From Candidatus Clostridium radicumherbarum (GTDB lineage: Bacteria; Bacillota; Clostridia; Clostridiales; Clostridiaceae), in the NCBI RefSeq assembly GCF_045310525.1, contig NZ_JBJHZY010000001.1, positions 1,922,671-1,954,670 of the forward strand: 32,000 bases of DNA. The letters run 5' to 3'. The notes beneath the pieces are model-generated. The model worked only from the letters and a program-made list of their open reading frames with translations. It did not search any database and had not been told where the DNA came from. The position numbers and the translations under genes are program-made. Positions 26,945 to 32,000 of the stretch are shown here, one piece after another. Each line of letters opens with the position of its first letter. Positions within the stretch are counted from its first letter, which is position 1.

Positions 26945-28756
26945 CTATTTAACCTTTACAGCATCAAAATTACAGGTATTTATACAGCTGCCGCATTTAC
27001 TGCATTTATTTATATCAATTAAATGTACTTTCTTTACTTCTCCAGAAATAGCCTCTGTGGGACAGTTCATCTTGCATAAACCGCAGCCTCTGCACATATC
27101 AGCATCAATGTAAAAAGTAGTTAATTCTTTACATACCCCTGCTCTGCACCTTTTATTTAATATATGTTCCATATATTCCTCTAGAAAATATTTCAAAGTT
27201 GATACTACAGGATTTGGTGCACTCTTTCCAAGGCCACACAAGGATGCCTCGCTTACTGTTTCTGCTATTTCCTTTAATGCTTCAAGATCCTCTTCTCTTC
27301 CTCTGCCTTCGCATATATCATCAATAATTTCCAACATTCTCTTTATCCCTTCTCTGCAGGGAACACATTTACCACAGGATTCTTCAGATAAGAAATTCAA
27401 ATAATATCTTGCTACATCCACCATACATGTTCTATCATCTAATACAATCATTCCTCCAGACCCCATCATAGAATCAGCTTCTGATAGGGAATCATAATCT
27501 ACGCTTAAATCTAAAAATTCTTCAGGAATGCATCCCCCTGAGGGACCTCCTATTTGTACTCCTTTAAACTTTCTATCTCCAATAATTCCACCGCCAATAT
27601 CATAAATAAGTTCTCTAAGGCTTGTACCCATTGGCACTTCCACAAGTCCTGTATTTTTAACCTTACCAACTAGTGAGAACACCTTAGTTCCTTTGCTTTT
27701 ATTTGTTCCAATAGCATTAAACCAATCACTGCCATTTTCAATTATCACAGGAACATTAGCCCAGGTTTCCACATTATTTAAAACTGTAGGCTGACCCCAT
27801 AAGCCCTTTTCTACAGAATGAATATATTTAGCTCTCGGTTCTCCGGTGCTTCCTTCAATAGAGGCCATAAGAGCAGTAGATTCCCCGCACACAAAGGCTC
27901 CACCACCTCTTACAATTTGAATGTCAAAATTAAAACCACTGCCAAGTATATTCTCACCTAAATACCCATTTTCTCTTGCTTCAATAAGAGCCTTTGACAT
28001 ATTCTTTATTGCAAGGGAGTATTCATCTCTAATATATGCAAAGCCTCCTTTTGCACTAATAGTATAGGCACAAATTATCATTCCTTCTATTACGCTATGA
28101 GGATCCCCTTCCATAATACTTCTATCCATAAATGCCCCAGGATCTCCCTCATCTCCATTACAAACTACGTATTTAGGAAAACTCTCAATGCTATCACATT
28201 GTTTCCACTTAGTCCCTGTTGGAAAGCCTGCTCCACCTCTTCCTCTTAATCCTGACTCTGAAATTTCTGTAATGATATCCTTTCTAGACATTTGAAATAT
28301 AGCCTTATTAAGAGCCAAATAGCCCTTATTTCTTTTATAATCTTCAATATTTAAAGGATCAATTTCTCCAATATTTCTTAAGGCTATTTTCATCTGTCTT
28401 TTGTAAAATTCACTTTCCTTATGGGATTTCACCTTTCTTTTTAAAGTCGGTTCATAATATAAAAGCCTATTAATAACTTCTCCCTTTAATATTGTCTTCC
28501 TAACTATTTCTTCCGCATCAGAAGCTTTTACCTTAAAGTAGGAAATACCATCAGGCTCTATTTTTACAACAGGTCCTTTTTCACATAGCCCATTACAGCC
28601 TGTTGCCTTTACAATAGTTTTTACACTTATTTCTATATTTAAATCTTCAATATTTTTAACTATTTCATTAAAAACTTCCATGCTGCCATTTGCAAGACAA
28701 CCTGTACCGCAGCAAACATAAACTACTCTTTCATCATTCATTTTCTTCACCTTCAT
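26945..28756 (-). CDS. NuoF/HydB-like NAD(H)-binding FMN iron-sulfur flavoprotein, with an N-terminal thioredoxin-like [2Fe-2S] domain and a C-terminal 2x[4Fe-4S] ferredoxin domain; BfuB-like
   Basis: 603 aa. FMN site: GLRGRGGAGFPTGTKW. NADH site: CNGDEGDPGAFMDR. N3-type cluster: ESCGKCVPCREG. N-terminal domain: CCGTGC...GCNGLCEKGP. C-terminal domain: CRGCGLCKMNCP and CSKCGSCINTC. An alternative start is the ATG at 28741 (MNDERVV), which has a GAAGGTGA SD sequence 5 nt upstream. Confidence 0.9.
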   Translation of the reverse strand: MKVKKMNDERVVYVCCGTGCLANGSMEVFNEIVKNIEDLNIEISVKTIVKATGCNGLCEKGPVVKIEPDGISYFKVKASDAEEIVRKTILKGEVINRLLYYEPTLKRKVKSHKESEFYKRQMKIALRNIGEIDPLNIEDYKRNKGYLALNKAIFQMSRKDIITEISESGLRGRGGAGFPTGTKWKQCDSIESFPKYVVCNGDEGDPGAFMDRSIMEGDPHSVIEGMIICAYTISAKGGFAYIRDEYSLAIKNMSKALIEARENGYLGENILGSGFNFDIQIVRGGGAFVCGESTALMASIEGSTGEPRAKYIHSVEKGLWGQPTVLNNVETWANVPVIIENGSDWFNAIGTNKSKGTKVFSLVGKVKNTGLVEVPMGTSLRELIYDIGGGIIGDRKFKGVQIGGPSGGCIPEEFLDLSVDYDSLSEADSMMGSGGMIVLDDRTCMVDVARYYLNFLSEESCGKCVPCREGIKRMLEIIDDICEGRGREEDLEALKEIAETVSEASLCGLGKSAPNPVVSTLKYFLEEYMEHILNKRCRAGVCKELTTFYIDADMCRGCGLCKMNCPTEAISGEVKKVHLIDINKCSKCGSCINTCNFDAVKVK

Positions 28757-29201
28757 ACTGCTTGAGAATTTCTTTTATTGCACTTGTGCTTACCTTTCCA
28801 TAATATTTATCATTAATAACCATTACAGGTGCTATTGCACATGATCCAAGGCAATTTACTGTCTGCAAGGTAAATATTCCATCTTCTGTAGTTTCTCCTG
28901 GCTTTATATGTAAGTAATTTTGAATTTCATCTATTAATACTGAAGAAGACCTAACATGACAAGCAGTTCCATCACATACAGTTATAATATTCTTGCCTTT
29001 TGGTGAAAGGCTTAAGGCTTTATAAAAGGTAGCCATGCTGTATAATTTACTAATTGGCGTATTTAAGTATAGGGATAAAGCTATTAAAGCTTCTTTAGGA
29101 ATGTACTTAAAATTTCTTTGAATATCCTGAAGTATAGCTAAAGTATATCTCTTTTCCTTTGGATATTTTTCCATTATATCATTAAAGCTAAGAGTACTCA
29201 T
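28734..29201 (-). CDS. NuoE/HydC-like thioredoxin-fold [2Fe-2S] protein; BfuC-like
   Basis: 155 aa. It carries the characteristic CDGTACHV ... VNCLGSCAIAPVM four-Cys pattern. Confidence 0.9.
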   Translation of the reverse strand: MSTLSFNDIMEKYPKEKRYTLAILQDIQRNFKYIPKEALIALSLYLNTPISKLYSMATFYKALSLSPKGKNIITVCDGTACHVRSSSVLIDEIQNYLHIKPGETTEDGIFTLQTVNCLGSCAIAPVMVINDKYYGKVSTSAIKEILKQYEGEENE

Positions 29202-29225
29202 TTAAATTCACTTCTTTCAATTTAT

Positions 29226-29495
29226 TTAACCACCTGCTACCACAGGAAAAATCGATATTTCATCATTATCCATAAGTTTTGTTTTAAGCCCGTCAAGATG
29301 AACTATATGTCTTCCATTTACCATAATTATTATTTCATTACTTAGATTTTCCCCATCAAAGATAGCTTTTTTTAGTTTTTCTCCAAAAGTATTACATAGC
29401 TCATATAAAAGCTCCTCTAAGGTTTCATAATTTTCAATATCTAAAGACTTAGTATTAGTATAATCACGTAAATAGGCAAAGAATTTCACCTTCAT
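29226..29495 (-). CDS. MoaD/ThiS-family ubiquitin-like sulfur-carrier protein
   Basis: 89 aa ending in ...FPVVAGG, the C-terminal Gly-Gly. The beta-grasp-like pattern is MKVKFFAYLRDY.... Confidence 0.8.
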   Translation of the reverse strand: MKVKFFAYLRDYTNTKSLDIENYETLEELLYELCNTFGEKLKKAIFDGENLSNEIIIMVNGRHIVHLDGLKTKLMDNDEISIFPVVAGG

Positions 29496-29519
29496 AACCT
29501 GCCCCCAAACTTAAAATTC

Positions 29520-29615
29520 TAGGGAAACAATTTAATAAACTTAACTTATAGAGGATAAATGCCTTGGCTTATGACAATTATTTTCTATTAATTAAATGTA
29601 CTCATTGTTTCCCTA
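29520..29615 (-). other. Long-range 12-bp perfect inverted repeat enclosing 72 nt, within the aor-moaD intergenic spacer
   Basis: tagggaaacaat (29520-29531) is the exact reverse complement of attgtttcccta (29604-29615). An inner hairpin lies around gcc-tt-ggc (29561-29567). There is no strong T-run, so it does not look like a classical terminator. Confidence 0.4.
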
Positions 29616-29637
29616 AGAAATTAATATATTTTATTAT

Positions 29638-31443
29638 TTAAATAATACTTAGTTCTTTTAACTTTTCTTCAGTTGGCTCACTATCTTCCTTCCAGCCTCT
29701 TACCTTATAGTATTCACTAAGCATTTCGTCTAACCTTACAACTAACCCCTTACCTGGTCCGTCCTTAAGTGGTTCCGTAAGCAGTCTTGGCGGCAGAGTA
29801 TCATCAGCTTTAGTAAAGCCTGCCTTTAAGTTAAATACCTTTTCAAGGTTCCATATTCTTTCTCCAATCCTTAATACCTCTTCATCAGTGTAATTAACTC
29901 CTACTGCTGTTCTTATCATTTCAGAAATTTCAGGCAGTCCTAGAGCAAAGGTTGTAAATAAGCAAATACCTGCAGAATCTACAACGGCAGTTAAGTCTTG
30001 GAAAATTTTAAGCCACTGTGCCTTATCATCTATTACAAGTGGATCCAGCTTTTGTGGAATCCCAAGTATTTCAGGAGAAGTCATATATCCTCTAACATGG
30101 CAGCCGCCGCGGTTAGAAGTAGCATATTCAAGGCCCATTCCCTGTACTCCACGTCCATCGTAGGCAGGCATTTCCTGCTTCTTAACTGACATGGATAGTT
30201 CAGGATGACCATATTCTTCAGCTAGTCTATAGGAGCCCTTAGCTAATTTGTCACCAAAACCGTCTCTTACAGCAGTCATCTTAGTAAACTCTACTAGGCC
30301 TTCAGCATCTCCAAACCTTAAATCTCTACCTAATTCCTCTTTATTAACCATTCCATTTTCATATAGCTCCATAGCACAGGCAATGGTTGAACCTAAGGTT
30401 ATCGGATCTAAACCATATTCATTACATATAAAATTTGCCTTACAAATAGCAGCCAAATCCTTTACTCCACAGTCAGCCCCAAAAGACCAGCCTGCTTCAT
30501 ATTCAGGGCCCTCGCCCATTCCTTTAAATTTGCCCTCGGAAATCTTAGTAACTCTTCCACAGCCTATTGAGCAGGCAAAACATCCCTTATTCTTTACTAA
30601 ATATTTGTCAGATAGTGCTTCTCCGCTTGTATCTTCAGCATTTTCAAATATTCCACCATCTCTCCAGTTTCTTGTTGGTAGTGCTCCTGATTGATTTAAG
30701 ATGTTTACTAATATTTGAGTCCCATAGGCTGTAAGTCCAGTACCTGTTACAGGATTTGCTCTAAGCTTATTTCTTGCATCTAAACTGGAAGCCATAAATC
30801 CTTTTGGATTTGCAACCTCTACATTTCCAGTGCCCTTAACTACTACTGCCTTTAAATTCTTAAAGCCCATTACTGCACCTAGGCCGGATCTTCCTGCAGC
30901 TCTATGCTTGTCATTCATAATGGTAGCATATAATACACCTTTTTCTCCTGCAGGACCTATGCAGGCAACTCTGGCGCCAGTATTCGTCTCATTAAGAATC
31001 TCATCTGTAGTTTCAAAAACTGTCTTTCCCCACAAATGCATAGCATTTCTTAATTCAACTTTGTCATTATTTATATATAAGTAAACTGGATTTTCTGACC
31101 TGCCTTCAAATATGATTCCATCATACCCTGCAAACTTAAGCTCTGGTCCAAAGTGCCCACCGGAGTTTGATGCTCCTATTGTTCCTGTAAGTGGAGCCTT
31201 AGTTACAACTTCATATCTTCCTGCTGAAGAAGCAAGGGTACCAGTTAATGGACCAGTTAAAAATATTAGTTTATTCTCATCGCTAAGTGGTTCTACCGTT
31301 GGATCCACTTCATCCATAAATATTTTTGTCCCTAGGCCTCTAGCACCTAAATATAGCTTTGCATCCTCAAAATTTAATGCCTCTTCTTTTATGGAGCCAT
31401 TTGAAAGGTTAACTCTTAGTAATTTACCTAACCATCCGTACAT
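29638..31443 (-). CDS. aor: Tungsten-type aldehyde:ferredoxin oxidoreductase (AOR family)
   Basis: 601 aa. The N-terminus [21 protein letters not shown]...[37 protein letters not shown] closely parallels characterised AORs. [4Fe-4S] Cys ligands: [11 protein letters not shown] and DSAGICLF. The start overlaps the upstream stop codon (TAATG). Confidence 0.92.
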   Translation of the reverse strand: MYGWLGKLLRVNLSNGSIKEEALNFEDAKLYLGARGLGTKIFMDEVDPTVEPLSDENKLIFLTGPLTGTLASSAGRYEVVTKAPLTGTIGASNSGGHFGPELKFAGYDGIIFEGRSENPVYLYINNDKVELRNAMHLWGKTVFETTDEILNETNTGARVACIGPAGEKGVLYATIMNDKHRAAGRSGLGAVMGFKNLKAVVVKGTGNVEVANPKGFMASSLDARNKLRANPVTGTGLTAYGTQILVNILNQSGALPTRNWRDGGIFENAEDTSGEALSDKYLVKNKGCFACSIGCGRVTKISEGKFKGMGEGPEYEAGWSFGADCGVKDLAAICKANFICNEYGLDPITLGSTIACAMELYENGMVNKEELGRDLRFGDAEGLVEFTKMTAVRDGFGDKLAKGSYRLAEEYGHPELSMSVKKQEMPAYDGRGVQGMGLEYATSNRGGCHVRGYMTSPEILGIPQKLDPLVIDDKAQWLKIFQDLTAVVDSAGICLFTTFALGLPEISEMIRTAVGVNYTDEEVLRIGERIWNLEKVFNLKAGFTKADDTLPPRLLTEPLKDGPGKGLVVRLDEMLSEYYKVRGWKEDSEPTEEKLKELSII

Positions 31444-31940
31444 TAATTATTCACCTCCTGAAATAATTGCATAAACTTATCTGCAACTAATTTTTTCTTA
31501 TTAAGCTCAGTAGGTGTAGCTTCTTTAAATTGTATTGTACCGGAAGGGCATAACTGCGCGCATAGTGGTGATCCATTGCAAAGATCACACTTCACCATAG
31601 TCTTTTCTTCAGAATTAAAGCTCATGTTTCCAAATGGACATGCACTTATACACAGCTTGCAGCCAATACACTTATTCTTATCTACTAGTACTGTTCTATT
31701 TTCATCCTTATAAATTGCCCCTACTGTGCAGACCTTCATACAGGCAGGGTCTTCGCACTGCATACACATAATAGGTACGGAAATTGCAGCCTCATCATAT
31801 TGAAATACTGTTACAGCTGCCTTTTGAGGATTAAAGGTATTAGTTTTCTTAAATGAGCAGGCCATTTCACAGGTTCTACATCCAGTACATTTTTCTGGTG
31901 AAATAATTAAAACTTTCCCCATTTTTATTCTGATATCCAT
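31443..31940 (-). CDS. 4Fe-4S polyferredoxin-like subunit (AorA / DMSO-reductase beta-like)
   Basis: 165 aa with four Cys clusters: [42 protein letters not shown]...CAQLCP. The start is ambiguous: the ATG at 31940 or the ATG at 31922 (MGKVLII). Confidence 0.85.
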   Translation of the reverse strand: MDIRIKMGKVLIISPEKCTGCRTCEMACSFKKTNTFNPQKAAVTVFQYDEAAISVPIMCMQCEDPACMKVCTVGAIYKDENRTVLVDKNKCIGCKLCISACPFGNMSFNSEEKTMVKCDLCNGSPLCAQLCPSGTIQFKEATPTELNKKKLVADKFMQLFQEVNN

Positions 31941-32000
31941 TTAAATAGATATCAGCGCCACCTCCTTTTATTAATATTAATAAATATAAAAAGAGCTCAT

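Noticed and set aside
29520-29615. Reading the 12-bp long-range inverted repeat in the aor-moaD spacer as a MITE or as an intrinsic terminator
   Set aside because: There are no flanking target-site duplication-like direct repeats and no second copy in the window. There is also no T-run after the 3' arm. It is kept only as an unexplained RNA or DNA structure.

Overview
AT-rich, Clostridium-like (Firmicutes) chromosomal window. It is densely coded and almost entirely on the minus strand; only two genes are on the plus strand. I found no tRNA/rRNA genes, CRISPR arrays, transposases, integrases, phage genes or recognisable defence genes. It reads as core or metabolic chromosome, not an accessory island.

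Gene order in window coordinates, with transcription mostly right to left:
- 1-10.1 kb: mutS (5' part, runs off the left edge), a structured intergenic element, miaB, a class-I aminotransferase (+), a GNAT acetyltransferase, then an operon of HI0933-type flavoprotein, aroH, cmk and an ispH::S1 fusion.
- 10.2-14.2 kb: gdhA, an RpiR/SIS regulator, a small SAM methyltransferase and rluB.
- 14.3-23.3 kb: a roughly 9 kb self-contained formate dehydrogenase/molybdopterin operon. Its order is moeA, moeA-PBP fusion, MOSC, selenocysteine-containing fdhA, a fused FeS/FAD electron-transfer subunit, mobA, fdhD.
- 23.5-26.2 kb: a DUF3006 plus secreted MBL-fold lipoprotein pair, and a divergent azoR/hxlR pair.
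- 26.2-31.9 kb: a six-gene operon of polyferredoxin, tungsten-type aldehyde:ferredoxin oxidoreductase (AOR), MoaD-like protein, NuoE-like, NuoF-like and NuoG-N-terminal-like proteins.

Most noteworthy points:
1. fdhA is split in the ORF track by an in-frame TGA sitting in the canonical Sec context, with a SECIS-like hairpin just downstream.
2. The AOR is genetically wired to a HydBC/Bfu-type flavin module, making it a candidate NAD-linked and possibly electron-bifurcating aldehyde oxidoreductase.
3. fdhA is partnered with an unusual 634-aa fused FeS/FAD subunit.
4. There are two MoeA paralogues, one fused to a PBP-like domain.
5. Several structured or palindromic non-coding elements have no known function, including a roughly 130-nt imperfect hairpin between miaB and mutS.

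All functional calls come from reading motifs in the supplied translations. No database search was run.
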